IMG/VR virus record: IMGVR_UViG_3300044922_001008
Length of the DNA stretch: 64,000 nt
Direction: 5' to 3' (one strand)
DNA from: an uncultured virus (IMG/VR IMGVR_UViG_3300044922_001008)
Taxonomy: Duplodnaviria > Heunggongvirae > Uroviricota > Caudoviricetes
Part shown: piece by piece, positions 50,522-59,642 of the stretch
Layout of the letters: the number at the start of each line of letters is the position of its first letter
Position numbering within the stretch: position 1 is the stretch's first letter
Made by a program: the position numbers and the translations under genes
Notes under the pieces: model-generated
What the model was told of the DNA's origin: nothing
Database searches by the model: none
What the model saw: the letters and a program-made list of their open reading frames with translations, nothing else

Positions 50522-51661
50522 ATGAATATAGAAGAATTTAAATTTAAGTATATAACATTTAAAGATATAGAAAAGATTGAGATAAATTGTGATCATCCAC
50601 AACACGAACCAAAAGATGAAATTATTATCATTGGAAAGCAACCAGCCAAAAGAAACATATTAAAAAATGATGGCGAAAGTTTTATCTGCAGAAAATGTTA
50701 TATGCATCACAACAATCCAGTAAACAAAGTTGGAGAAAATCGACAAACAGAAGAAATTGTTAATGTTTATTGTCCTCATCCAAAACACGATGGAAATCAT
50801 TGCCGTCAAATGAAAAAACGCAATTATTATGGTTCATTACAAGAACCGTATTTACAGCTTTGTAAAAGTTGCATTCAATTAGGAAAAGAAATTAGCGAAG
50901 AACAAAAAGAAAAAATTCGCATGAGTCTTACTGGAATCAAGCGTAGCGAAGAGTTTAAGAAAAAACTAAGTAATTACATGAAAAATAATCCAGAAGGTAT
51001 AGCCAGAGCAACAAAAAATATTATCGAAAATCATTGCATTAATGGAATGTTAGGAAAAGTTCATTCCGAAGAAACAAAACAAAAAATGTCTGAATCCCAC
51101 ATGGGAAAAGAATTTTCTGAAGAGCATTGCCAAAATATTTCAGAAGGCAGAAAGAAAATGCTTGAAGAAACTGGAGGGTTCACCAGAGAGCATAAAGAGA
51201 ATATTTCAAAAGCTACTGTCGCACAATACAAAAAAGGTTTTGATCCAAAACTTCATCATTTGAGTGGCTGGCATGAATCTTCAAAAGCTGGAAGAGTATT
51301 TTATAGATCGTCCTATGAGAAGAAAGCATATTTAAAATTAGACGAAGACGATTTTGTAAAAAATTATTTTGTAGAAAAAATTGAAGTTGAATATTTTAAT
51401 CCAATAAAAGAAATAACCTCCTCCTACATCATTGATATCTTAATAGAATATAAAGATGAATCAAAAAAATTAGTCGAAGTAAAACCAGAGAAATGGTTAA
51501 GTGATGAAGTTGTCATATGTAAAATCAATGCTGCTAAAATAAAAGCAAAAGAACTTGGTATATCGTTTGAGGTTTGGACAGAAATCAATTTATTTGGTCA
51601 TGTTTATAATGAAAAAAATATGAGATCTTTTATCGAAAAGATAAGAAAAAAAACTAAATAA
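50522..51661 (+). CDS. Free-standing homing endonuclease-like protein (NUMOD3 repeats + TnsA-like PD-(D/E)XK domain)
   Basis: HSEETKQKMSESHMGK NUMOD3-type repeats; YRSSYE...YIIDIL...LVEVKP...FEVWTE. Confidence 0.8.
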   Translation: MNIEEFKFKYITFKDIEKIEINCDHPQHEPKDEIIIIGKQPAKRNILKNDGESFICRKCYMHHNNPVNKVGENRQTEEIVNVYCPHPKHDGNHCRQMKKRNYYGSLQEPYLQLCKSCIQLGKEISEEQKEKIRMSLTGIKRSEEFKKKLSNYMKNNPEGIARATKNIIENHCINGMLGKVHSEETKQKMSESHMGKEFSEEHCQNISEGRKKMLEETGGFTREHKENISKATVAQYKKGFDPKLHHLSGWHESSKAGRVFYRSSYEKKAYLKLDEDDFVKNYFVEKIEVEYFNPIKEITSSYIIDILIEYKDESKKLVEVKPEKWLSDEVVICKINAAKIKAKELGISFEVWTEINLFGHVYNEKNMRSFIEKIRKKTK

Positions 51662-51664
51662 ATC

Positions 51665-52021
51665 ATGTTGCTATCATATTCAGAATGGAAAATAGTCAGT
51701 AATTTCAAACCTTATGAATTTTATAGGGAAGGGATTGCCGACTTTATTTCGCCATCTAAAATCATTGAAAAAATCAAAAATCATTATGAGAGACTATCAG
51801 TCAAATATGGCAAGAACATGGCTAAAATCATCATAGGAGTGGCATTACTAGGCACTTTATCTCCGATTCCGGGTTCTAGCATTATTGCTGCATTGCCTTT
51901 TGTTGGTTTGGCTGAAATTATCAATTTGATCAAAGGAAAGCCAGAAATCGAAAAAGAAGTTATGCAAACTCATGAAAAAGAAACAAAAGAAATTATAAAT
52001 GATTTACAATTAGAAACATAA
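51665..52021 (+). CDS. Hypothetical membrane-associated protein
   Basis: Hydrophobic hairpin IIIGVALLGTLSPIPGSSIIAALPFVGL. Confidence 0.55.
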   Translation: MLLSYSEWKIVSNFKPYEFYREGIADFISPSKIIEKIKNHYERLSVKYGKNMAKIIIGVALLGTLSPIPGSSIIAALPFVGLAEIINLIKGKPEIEKEVMQTHEKETKEIINDLQLET

Positions 52022-52064
52022 GTGTTATATTCTTTTAAGTTAAATCTTTCTAAGGAGATACATT

Positions 52065-52355
52065 ATGAAAATTGAATATTTAAAGATTTCTACTGGTGAA
52101 GATGTTCTTGCACAAACTTTATCTTCTGATAATGATACTTTTGTTTTAAAGAATCCGATGATTTTTGCCATTTCAAGAGAAGGCGTTGGTATGATGCCAT
52201 ATGCACCTTTTGCCAAAGATCAAAAAATGACCATAAATAAGTCTCATATTGTTGCGTATGGAGAGCCAGACGATGAGATTAAAAACGCATACAACAGCAA
52301 ATTTGGCAGTGGGATTGTGGTTGCATCTTCTGGTGGAATTCAAATTCCTCAGTAA
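52065..52355 (+). CDS. Sm-like fold protein of T4-like phages
   Basis: LKISTGEDVLA, LKNPM, PYAPF, INKSHIV, Y...FGSGIVV. Confidence 0.65.
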   Translation: MKIEYLKISTGEDVLAQTLSSDNDTFVLKNPMIFAISREGVGMMPYAPFAKDQKMTINKSHIVAYGEPDDEIKNAYNSKFGSGIVVASSGGIQIPQ

Positions 52356-52398
52356 TAAAATAACATTTTGAATCATAGATACTTTCATGGAAGGTATT

Positions 52399-53085
52399 AT
52401 GAATTTTTCAAAATGGTTTTATGAGCAAGGTTCTACCATTGGCACAGAAAATGTCGATGAGACCCAAATTGATTCTGCATATAAAAGTGCAAAATATTCA
52501 GTAAAGTTAGTACAACTTTACGATAGATTGACAGGTCAGAAGTTACTTAAAAATATAAGCACCATTGCGTTATTGCAATCAGGTGCTTATGGTCTTTATA
52601 GTTCAGCAGAAAATAAAAAAATTGTAGGGGCTTCTGTTGCAAACAAGATCAAAATGAAATTTGGTTCTGACATTATGATGAATCAAAAGTTAAATACAGT
52701 TCCTAATGCTGTTATCAAGAAATACATTCCAGATATAGATGTAAATCAATTACAGCCATCAGATGTAATTCGTGTAAATGTTCAAAAGCATTTAGCAACT
52801 CACGGAGATACTTTGGATGCTATAATTGAAATAGCCAGTACGATTGTTCACGAATGCACTCATGAGATTGAGTTGCAAACAACGGGAACAACAAGTGAAG
52901 TTGGTCCTGTAAGGGCTGAAAAAATATTCATAGATTGGGTATCCAAACATTGGCAGGTTATTCGCCAACAAATACCTATACTAGCGTCATATCGAAGCAA
53001 AGGTCAATCACAACAGCCTAATACTATGCAGCCAAACAAAGTTCAATCACAACAGCTTAATACTATGCAACCAAGGCAAATCTAA
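52399..53085 (+). CDS. HExxH zincin-like protein
   Basis: ASTIVHECTHEIE...E; likely start MNFSKWFYE. Confidence 0.55.
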   Translation: MNFSKWFYEQGSTIGTENVDETQIDSAYKSAKYSVKLVQLYDRLTGQKLLKNISTIALLQSGAYGLYSSAENKKIVGASVANKIKMKFGSDIMMNQKLNTVPNAVIKKYIPDIDVNQLQPSDVIRVNVQKHLATHGDTLDAIIEIASTIVHECTHEIELQTTGTTSEVGPVRAEKIFIDWVSKHWQVIRQQIPILASYRSKGQSQQPNTMQPNKVQSQQLNTMQPRQI

Positions 53086-53700
53086 TTCTATGCGTCCCGG
53101 TTTGTTTACATAGTCTAAATTTTTAATAGGATATTTTTGAATATCAATTGGTGGGTTGTCAAAATATTTCTTATTTACCAGTGTAATTTCCAATGCAACT
53201 GGAACTAGTTCCTTACAATTTCCATAATTATTCCCATGAACATGAGCGACATAATGTGTATCAAGCATCTTTTCCATAACTGATAATGGTGTTTTTTTAG
53301 GATTCATATGGAGATGCAATTCAAAAGCAAAGCAAGAAATTTTTTCTTCAAAATGTTGCATATTCATTGTTTCAAAAAAATTCCATTCCGAACCTTCGGT
53401 ATCTATCTTTAGAACTATTTTATTAGATTGTTGTACTTCTGGTATGTTTGCGAATTCTTCATAGGTATCAAGTTTCATTTTTCTTGCCCATGCGTGTCGT
53501 GTTTTTAATGCAATATCATATCCAATAACTTTTTTATTCCTATTCAATAAATCTTTTTCGTAAGTAATATTATTTCCCAATCCAAAAGAAATACAAAGAT
53601 CACCTTCATCGATACATTTTTTAGGAAGAACATATCCTCCATCTTTGTTATTTCCTATTCTTATTTTTTCGAATTTTCTTGGTATTATATGTTTATTCAT
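53047..53700 (-). CDS. FkbM/Methyltransf_22-like SAM methyltransferase
   Basis: RIGNNKDGGY, SFGLGNNITYE, LKIDTEGSEW, FELH, HVHGNN; likely start at 53700. Confidence 0.8.
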   Translation of the reverse strand: MNKHIIPRKFEKIRIGNNKDGGYVLPKKCIDEGDLCISFGLGNNITYEKDLLNRNKKVIGYDIALKTRHAWARKMKLDTYEEFANIPEVQQSNKIVLKIDTEGSEWNFFETMNMQHFEEKISCFAFELHLHMNPKKTPLSVMEKMLDTHYVAHVHGNNYGNCKELVPVALEITLVNKKYFDNPPIDIQKYPIKNLDYVNKPGRIELDLPWLHSIKLL

Positions 53701-54052
53701 CCATTGAAATATTTGCATTTTTTTTAAAAACCTTTGTATAAAAGATATAGACAATAATGCTAGTGAATATGAACTTTAAAAATCCATTCATCATTGATCC
53801 AATTTCAAATTCAAGACCAGCGGTTGGCACAAAAACAAGATTTCTCCAGTTTTCTCCAGCATTATCAACAAAGTAATTTATAATTGGCATTAATACATTT
53901 TCGCTAATGCTATTTACTATTTTTTCTGTAGCATTAGCCATAGTTAGAGATAGAGCCAATGCAATTAGATTATTGGAGAATGCAAACTTTTTATATGATT
54001 CTAATTCTTGTTTCAGTTGATTTACATTTATAAAATTTTTCTCATCGTTCAT
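53693..54052 (-). CDS. mscL: Large-conductance mechanosensitive channel-like protein
   Basis: YKKFAFSNNLIALALSL...KIVNSISENVLMPII...IGSMMNGFLKFIF follows the MscL S1-TM1-TM2 pattern. Confidence 0.75.
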   Translation of the reverse strand: MNDEKNFINVNQLKQELESYKKFAFSNNLIALALSLTMANATEKIVNSISENVLMPIINYFVDNAGENWRNLVFVPTAGLEFEIGSMMNGFLKFIFTSIIVYIFYTKVFKKNANISMDE

Positions 54053-54112
54053 TTTATATTCTCCCATACATATATATGATAATCATATAATTTTAATGGA
54101 CTAGGAGATAAT

Positions 54113-54469
54113 ATGAATAAAATGATTATGTTGTTTTTAGTTGTTGCTATTTTTGTGACTTCGGGATGCGGCAGAATCAGGCATAGGAATTTCGAAGGTG
54201 AATACAGTGGATTTCCAAGAATTATGAAAGATAAGGAACAATTTAAAAATACCAGTTTATGCAAGACTACTGATGATGTATTATATGCAAAACCTTGTGC
54301 GATGACAACACTTATATCAGAGTCATTTTATAGTGGATACACAGATGCTTTGAATGGTAAAAAATTTAAGTTGTTTGGAAATAATGATGATTATCAAACT
54401 GGACATGAGATGGGAATTAAGGACAAAGAAAAAGGTTCTGTCCGTAAGTTCGAAATAAAAAAGAAATGA
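54113..54469 (+). CDS. Putative lipoprotein
   Basis: Signal peptide with TSGC lipobox; AGGAG RBS. Confidence 0.55.
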   Translation: MNKMIMLFLVVAIFVTSGCGRIRHRNFEGEYSGFPRIMKDKEQFKNTSLCKTTDDVLYAKPCAMTTLISESFYSGYTDALNGKKFKLFGNNDDYQTGHEMGIKDKEKGSVRKFEIKKK

Positions 54470-54850
54470 TTGAAACAAATAAAATACTCGTTATTATCAA
54501 AAGGACAAATAATCATGATAGACAAAAATAATCCAAATTATAAATTTTACTTAGCTGGCATTATAAGTGAGAGTGAATATTTTGACATGTGTGAATCATC
54601 GACATCTATACCTTCTCCTACTTTAAGAAATGAAGTTTCAGATGATGGTAATGACATGTTGATGCGTAATTTGAAAGATATAATAAATGATGCGAGCATG
54701 ATGTTACAAATGCTCACTCCCGATGATCAACTTGAAGAATGGATGGAGTACAAGATATCTGTATCCCGTGCTTACATTTCTGATATTTTCCATGCGTTCA
54801 AACACGACAAGGAAGAGGAAGAAAAGCATTCTGGCGGTTGTGGGATGTAA
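54470..54850 (+). CDS. Hypothetical phage protein
   Basis: QLEEWMEYKISVSRAYI helical motif; start uncertain. Confidence 0.5.
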   Translation: MKQIKYSLLSKGQIIMIDKNNPNYKFYLAGIISESEYFDMCESSTSIPSPTLRNEVSDDGNDMLMRNLKDIINDASMMLQMLTPDDQLEEWMEYKISVSRAYISDIFHAFKHDKEEEEKHSGGCGM

Positions 54851-54856
54851 TTTTAC

Positions 54857-55153
54857 TTACCAGCTTCTACCTATTCCTTGTGTTGCCATGTGAAAATATG
54901 GATTATTGAATGGCATATATCCACTTGGCGTTACATATCTGTTCCAATTATTGTTGTAATTGTAATTGTAATTGTAATTGTAATTGTAGTTGTTATATCT
55001 ATAACCATAATTATAGTTGTTGTAGTTGTATCTATAATTGTTATAATTATAGTTGTTGTAGTGTCTTACTTGTGGATATACAACGATAAATTGTGCCTCT
55101 GAAACACCACTAAAGCCTAAAAAAATAACCAAAGCCAAAATTAAAGATTTCAT
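54857..55153 (-). CDS. Secreted Tyr/Asn-rich low-complexity protein
   Basis: AGGAG RBS, signal peptide MKSLILALVIFLGFSGVSEA, YNNYNY repeats. Confidence 0.6.
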   Translation of the reverse strand: MKSLILALVIFLGFSGVSEAQFIVVYPQVRHYNNYNYNNYRYNYNNYNYGYRYNNYNYNYNYNYNYNNNWNRYVTPSGYMPFNNPYFHMATQGIGRSW

Positions 55154-55178
55154 CGTATGCTCCTTTATGAATATATAT

Positions 55179-55523
55179 TCATATTTCTTTTTTAAATTGT
55201 TCAATTAATTTCTTTGTAGTTTTCCCAGTTAAAAAAACCTTTTTCAAATCATTGTTCCATGTCAACATTCCATCTACTTTATAATTGCAATTTGAATATT
55301 CATATTCTTGATAGATTGGTTCTGTGAGGAAGTGTTTTTCCTTACGAATTTCATCTTCCAAATCAACATTACTTTTCCCACATTTAGTAATACGCATAAC
55401 GCTTTGAATTTCAATATCAACAATTTTTAATTTTTTTTTGTATTTAACTGAAAACATGATGAATACTTTCGACCAATTTAATTCATCGAGGTGCATCCAA
55501 ATATCTTCTCTTGTTTTAATCAT
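55179..55523 (-). CDS. Hypothetical protein
   Basis: 114 aa ORF. Confidence 0.5.
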   Translation of the reverse strand: MIKTREDIWMHLDELNWSKVFIMFSVKYKKKLKIVDIEIQSVMRITKCGKSNVDLEDEIRKEKHFLTEPIYQEYEYSNCNYKVDGMLTWNNDLKKVFLTGKTTKKLIEQFKKEI

Positions 55524-55582
55524 AAATTACCTTGAAAAAAATTTATTTTAGTTTATTATTAGTATGTAGATAAAGGAGTTGT

Positions 55583-55693
55583 ATGTTTTTAAAAGAGTTG
55601 TTGATGTGTTGCATAATTTACATAATTATATATAAATTAATGCAACTAGTAAATGATATATTTGATTATTTTAAGGAAGATGATGATGAATAA
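55583..55693 (+). CDS. Small single-TM protein (36 aa, not in ORF track)
   Basis: AAGGAG RBS; MFLKELLMCCIIYIIIYKLMQLVNDIFDYFKEDDDE. Confidence 0.4.
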   Translation: MFLKELLMCCIIYIIIYKLMQLVNDIFDYFKEDDDE

Positions 55694-55812
55694 TTTTTGT
55701 GCAAAACATGGGAATTATTGTGGAGAAAGATGCACTCAATGCATCAAAATTAAAGAAATTCACATGAATATCGTCAGGGAATATAAAGAAAAGTTTACAG
55801 AAAAAGAGAGAT

Positions 55813-56271
55813 CTAAATTTTCACAACTTTGGAATTCTCACAAATAATATCTTCTAGACCAAATGGTATATCGTATGTTTTTTTGTTTTCTATCTGTTCT
55901 AGAAGTAATTTTATTGAATTTCTTTTTTCTTCAAAGAAATTAATACCGTTCTCAATTTGGGTTTCTTTTGGCAATAAAGTTGATCCATATACACCAATAC
56001 CAAAAAGCGATCCAATTCCATCGGTATCTCTTAATTTTATTACATTTTCAACATAATTTTTTATATCTTCATTAGTAATTTCTGATTGTTTTTTCAAAGA
56101 CTCAAAATTGAAACATGCAGATATTTTGGCGAAATCTTGCAATGAAAATTCAATATTTATTTTTATTTTTTCATTATTGATTTTTAGATAAATTGATTTT
56201 TCATCAAATGATTCACGATAAAGATGAAAATTTTCACAATAATATAGACTACACTTTGTACTCATGGTCAT
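55813..56271 (-). CDS. Hypothetical protein
   Basis: 152 aa; preceded on the minus strand by TTGATT-17-TATGAT (56336-56308). Confidence 0.55.
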   Translation of the reverse strand: MTMSTKCSLYYCENFHLYRESFDEKSIYLKINNEKIKINIEFSLQDFAKISACFNFESLKKQSEITNEDIKNYVENVIKLRDTDGIGSLFGIGVYGSTLLPKETQIENGINFFEEKRNSIKLLLEQIENKKTYDIPFGLEDIICENSKVVKI

Positions 56272-56362
56272 ATTCCATAATGTATCGTTGTTGTAATATC
56301 TAATTGAATCATACGATAATTCAACAATTGAATCAAATTTAAATCATAAAAATTTTAATTTC

Positions 56363-56929
56363 TTAATCATTTACCATAAAGCTTGGCAATCTATGCGAAA
56401 ATGTCTTGAGATATTCTTGTGAGCCTTTATTATCAAAAACTATTTCAAATCTTTCTTTTTGTTTCTTTATTGTGCATGTGCAATCCAAAGAATTGAAATA
56501 TTCTGCAATAATATTTGAACCTTCTTCTCCGAACTTTTGTGTCCTAAGATACACTTTTCTTTTACTTTTCCTACCACTATCGACATACCACACCATCCAA
56601 GCAAGATCATTCAGAGACTCTAAAATTTCTTTAGTTACAGTTTTTTTACCATCTTTATAGAATGATCGATAAAGTTGATTGAAACAAGGATATGCGACAG
56701 AGTAACATCTATATGTGTTTTTATCTTTTTTGATAGTGGTGCTATCTAACTTAAAAAAATCTTTCAATTCATTGATTTTATATGAAAGCCAATTAAGGTT
56801 ATTGTCTCTCATTGCAAGATAACAATTTCTACCATGTGTTGGATTGACAATAGATGATCCACCAAGTATGGTTCCATACAAAATTTGTTGTTGAAATGAT
56901 TTAGTTTCTGGGCTTGCTTCATATGTCAT
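56363..56929 (-). CDS. Free-standing LAGLIDADG_2-type homing endonuclease (possibly degenerate)
   Basis: QILYGTILGGSSI and LAWMVWYVDSG, where the family usually has G.LLGDG and W.MDDG. Confidence 0.7.
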   Translation of the reverse strand: MTYEASPETKSFQQQILYGTILGGSSIVNPTHGRNCYLAMRDNNLNWLSYKINELKDFFKLDSTTIKKDKNTYRCYSVAYPCFNQLYRSFYKDGKKTVTKEILESLNDLAWMVWYVDSGRKSKRKVYLRTQKFGEEGSNIIAEYFNSLDCTCTIKKQKERFEIVFDNKGSQEYLKTFSHRLPSFMVND

Positions 56930-57037
56930 ATAAGTATATATCTGTTTTCGCAAAATTTATTCCATGCTCTAATCACAATTACGATGCAAATGATAGATAT
57001 TATTAGATAAATACACCTAAATTTCAAGGAGATTATT

Positions 57038-57805
57038 ATGGGTGCAACAAGTCGAGAAGGTGTAGGAATAGGCTCTGTAAATAAAATTAAACCACTTATA
57101 ATAAATGGCGTAGTAAAAGCTGAAAACCTCGGTGTCGATATTCTACACAACTGGAAATACGACATCAACGCAACTGGCGATATGACAACCGAATCAAATA
57201 TCAGTGCAGATGGCGACATTTCGTCTGGTGGCGATATATCCGCTGATGGTGATATTTTATCTGGTAATAATATATCCGCTGATGGTGACATTTCGTCTGG
57301 CAACAATGTAACCGCAGATGGCGATATATCCGCTGATGGTGACATTTCGTCTGGCAACAATATAACCGCTGAAGGTTACATCAGAGGTGACGCAATTGGA
57401 CAACACTTGAATACGAGTTTCTATACATTCACCGCTGGCGAATTGACCAACAACAGTAATGACTATACTGATTTTGCATCAGTTTCATACACGCCAGTAT
57501 CCAACAGCAGTTCCTTGTACATTGAGTATAATGCAACTTATGCTGTTGGTGGAGGCTTGGCAGATAATTTCAGATCTAGAATAACGGTAAATGATGTTGA
57601 GATAACATGGAGAAACCAAGCATGGACAAATAGTGCAGGTGGTGGCACTAGAAGTGCAGTACTGTTTCCCATTGCCATGGTTTTTTCAAATTCTGTCACA
57701 ACTGCGTTGACCATTAAAATCCAAGCAAAGAGGGATGGAGCAGATGACATCCTCACCTTGAACACCAACAGTGCGGTGTTGAAAGTTTCTGAGTACGCAA
57801 GGTAA
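57038..57805 (+). CDS. MGATS-family protein 1 (fibre-like; ADGDISS repeats + beta-sandwich head)
   Basis: Shared N-terminus; I(S/T)ADGDISSGNN repeats; C-terminal beta domain. Confidence 0.65.
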   Translation: MGATSREGVGIGSVNKIKPLIINGVVKAENLGVDILHNWKYDINATGDMTTESNISADGDISSGGDISADGDILSGNNISADGDISSGNNVTADGDISADGDISSGNNITAEGYIRGDAIGQHLNTSFYTFTAGELTNNSNDYTDFASVSYTPVSNSSSLYIEYNATYAVGGGLADNFRSRITVNDVEITWRNQAWTNSAGGGTRSAVLFPIAMVFSNSVTTALTIKIQAKRDGADDILTLNTNSAVLKVSEYAR

Positions 57806-57861
57806 CTTGGTTTTTTTAAAACTAAGTTTTTTAATTTCTACTTATTACAAAGGAGATCATT

Positions 57862-58833
57862 ATGGGAGCTACAAGTAATGAAGGTGTCGGAATAGGATCG
57901 GTAGAGAAATATTTACCGAAAATCGTAAACGGTGTCGTGAAAAAAGAAAACATACAACAAGGTAAAATTTTCGAAAACTTTACATCGGATATTTTGATTT
58001 CCACGGCAGATGGAACTGCTGGCAATAATGATGCAAGCAGCATTACCATTAAAGCAGGTGATGGATATCCGTTAGCGGTCGATCCTCCCGAGGCTGATGG
58101 AGTCGGAGATGATGCTGATGGTGGCAGTGTTTTCATCTACGCTGGTAAAGCTAATGGTAATGGCGAAGGCGGAAACATTGAAATATTCGCTGGTGATACC
58201 GGCAATGGTCCAGATGCAAACGCTGGAAATGTAACGATTAGAGGTGGTGATGCCGATAGTGTCGAAAACAGCGATGCTGGCGATGTAAACATCTATGGTG
58301 GCGATGGATCAAGTGGTACTACTGACAGCGAGGGTGGCGATATTAATATTGAAGCTGGCGATGCTGGTGGCGATGGTGAGGCTGGTCATGTCCATATTCA
58401 TGCTGGCGATAGTGGAACTGGAGATGGCATCAATGAGGGTGAGGATTATCCAGAAGCAGGCGACATAGAAATCACTGCTGGCAATTCACTAGCCACTACA
58501 GATGTAGATGGCGGAGACATCCGTATCGAAGCTGGTGATGGCACAGTTGATGGTCGTGGTGGCGATATCGAGATTACTACTGGTAATAGCGTTGGCACAG
58601 ATCGTGCTGGCGATATGTTTCTTACTTGTGGCACTAATTCTGGTTCTGGTAGAAATGGTCACATTTATATTCAAAGTATGCCAATCATGCCAGTATATGC
58701 AAATGCTACCGCAAGAGATGCTGCTGCTGGTACTGCAACCAACGGCATGTTTTGTTACAACACAGCGACAAGCAACATAGAAGTCTATGTTGGCGGTGCA
58801 TGGAAGAGTGTGGATGTAACTGCGATTGTTTAA
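57862..58833 (+). CDS. MGATS-family protein 2 (Gly/Asp-rich GGxIxIxAG repeat fibre)
   Basis: Shared N-terminus; about 10 GG/AG-[DN]-[IV]-x-I-x-[AG]G repeats; C-terminal NGMFCYNT...EVYVGGAW. Confidence 0.65.
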   Translation: MGATSNEGVGIGSVEKYLPKIVNGVVKKENIQQGKIFENFTSDILISTADGTAGNNDASSITIKAGDGYPLAVDPPEADGVGDDADGGSVFIYAGKANGNGEGGNIEIFAGDTGNGPDANAGNVTIRGGDADSVENSDAGDVNIYGGDGSSGTTDSEGGDINIEAGDAGGDGEAGHVHIHAGDSGTGDGINEGEDYPEAGDIEITAGNSLATTDVDGGDIRIEAGDGTVDGRGGDIEITTGNSVGTDRAGDMFLTCGTNSGSGRNGHIYIQSMPIMPVYANATARDAAAGTATNGMFCYNTATSNIEVYVGGAWKSVDVTAIV

Positions 58834-58838
58834 TGTAA

Positions 58839-58877
58839 TATTTGAACGGTTTTAAATTTCTTGAAGCCGTTCAAATA
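58839..58877. terminator. Stem-loop after MGATS gene 2
   Basis: TATTTGAACGG...CCGTTCAAATA inverted repeat. Confidence 0.55.
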
Positions 58878-58944
58878 AACTTAGTCTTTATGTTAAGCTA
58901 AGTTTATTGTGTTTGATTTTTTTTATATATAAAAGGAGATTATT

Positions 58945-59508
58945 ATGGGAGCTACATCAACAGAAGGAACAGGACAAGGTTCTGCATCAAAAATCAAGCC
59001 ATTGGTTTTCAATGGTTCTGTAAAAACAGTAAACATCGAGCCAAATGCTGTGACCGCAGCTAATCTCGACAACAACGCATTGTCAAAAGCACCATTCGTG
59101 CTTAATGTTGCGACAATAACTCTTGATTCAAGCAAAGCTGGAATTCCTTTGGTTTTCACTAGGGCAGCAGGTGTTGTTGCTACTCTTCCAGCAGCTACTG
59201 GAACTGGTGATATTTATAAGTTTTATGTTAATACCACTGTAACTAGCAACAGCTACAAAATTCAAGTAGCTAATGCAACGGACATTATTTCTGGCTTGGC
59301 TCTTGCCGATGACGGAGAGGGTGAGCCAGCAAATGGTTGGCCAACTACTTCGACTACTGATACCATTACAATGGATGGATCTACTCAGGGTGGCATCAAA
59401 GGCGACAGTCTTGAGATAATAGATATCGCTTCTGGTCAGTTCTGCGTAAGGGCATTCCTTACAAATAGCGGTACTGAAGCGACTCCTTTCAGTGCAGCAG
59501 TTTCTTAA
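58945..59508 (+). CDS. MGATS-family protein 3 (capsid decoration/fibre-like)
   Basis: Shared N-terminus; TLPAATGTGDIYKF beta domain. Confidence 0.65.
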   Translation: MGATSTEGTGQGSASKIKPLVFNGSVKTVNIEPNAVTAANLDNNALSKAPFVLNVATITLDSSKAGIPLVFTRAAGVVATLPAATGTGDIYKFYVNTTVTSNSYKIQVANATDIISGLALADDGEGEPANGWPTTSTTDTITMDGSTQGGIKGDSLEIIDIASGQFCVRAFLTNSGTEATPFSAAVS

Positions 59509-59517
59509 GTTCAATTG

Positions 59518-59555
59518 GGTATGCGTCTTGGTTTTCTCCAAGACGCATACCTTTT
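59518..59555 (+). terminator. Rho-independent terminator
   Basis: GGTATGCGTCTTGG-ttttct-CCAAGACGCATACC-TTTT perfect 14-bp stem; a second hairpin lies at 59570-59609. Confidence 0.85.
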
Positions 59556-59642
59556 GCTTTTATAATTTAAAAAAAAGACAATGCAGTTTTAAATGCATTG
59601 TCTTTTTTTGTTCATAAAGCTTACATATTATAGAGGTGAAAA

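Noticed and set aside
54878..55102. Plus-strand Val/Ile-rich ORF
   Set aside because: Antisense of the Tyr/Asn repeat gene, which has the RBS and signal peptide
56926..57360. Minus-strand ORF with MSPSAD repeats
   Set aside because: Antisense shadow of the ADGDISS repeats in 57038..57805
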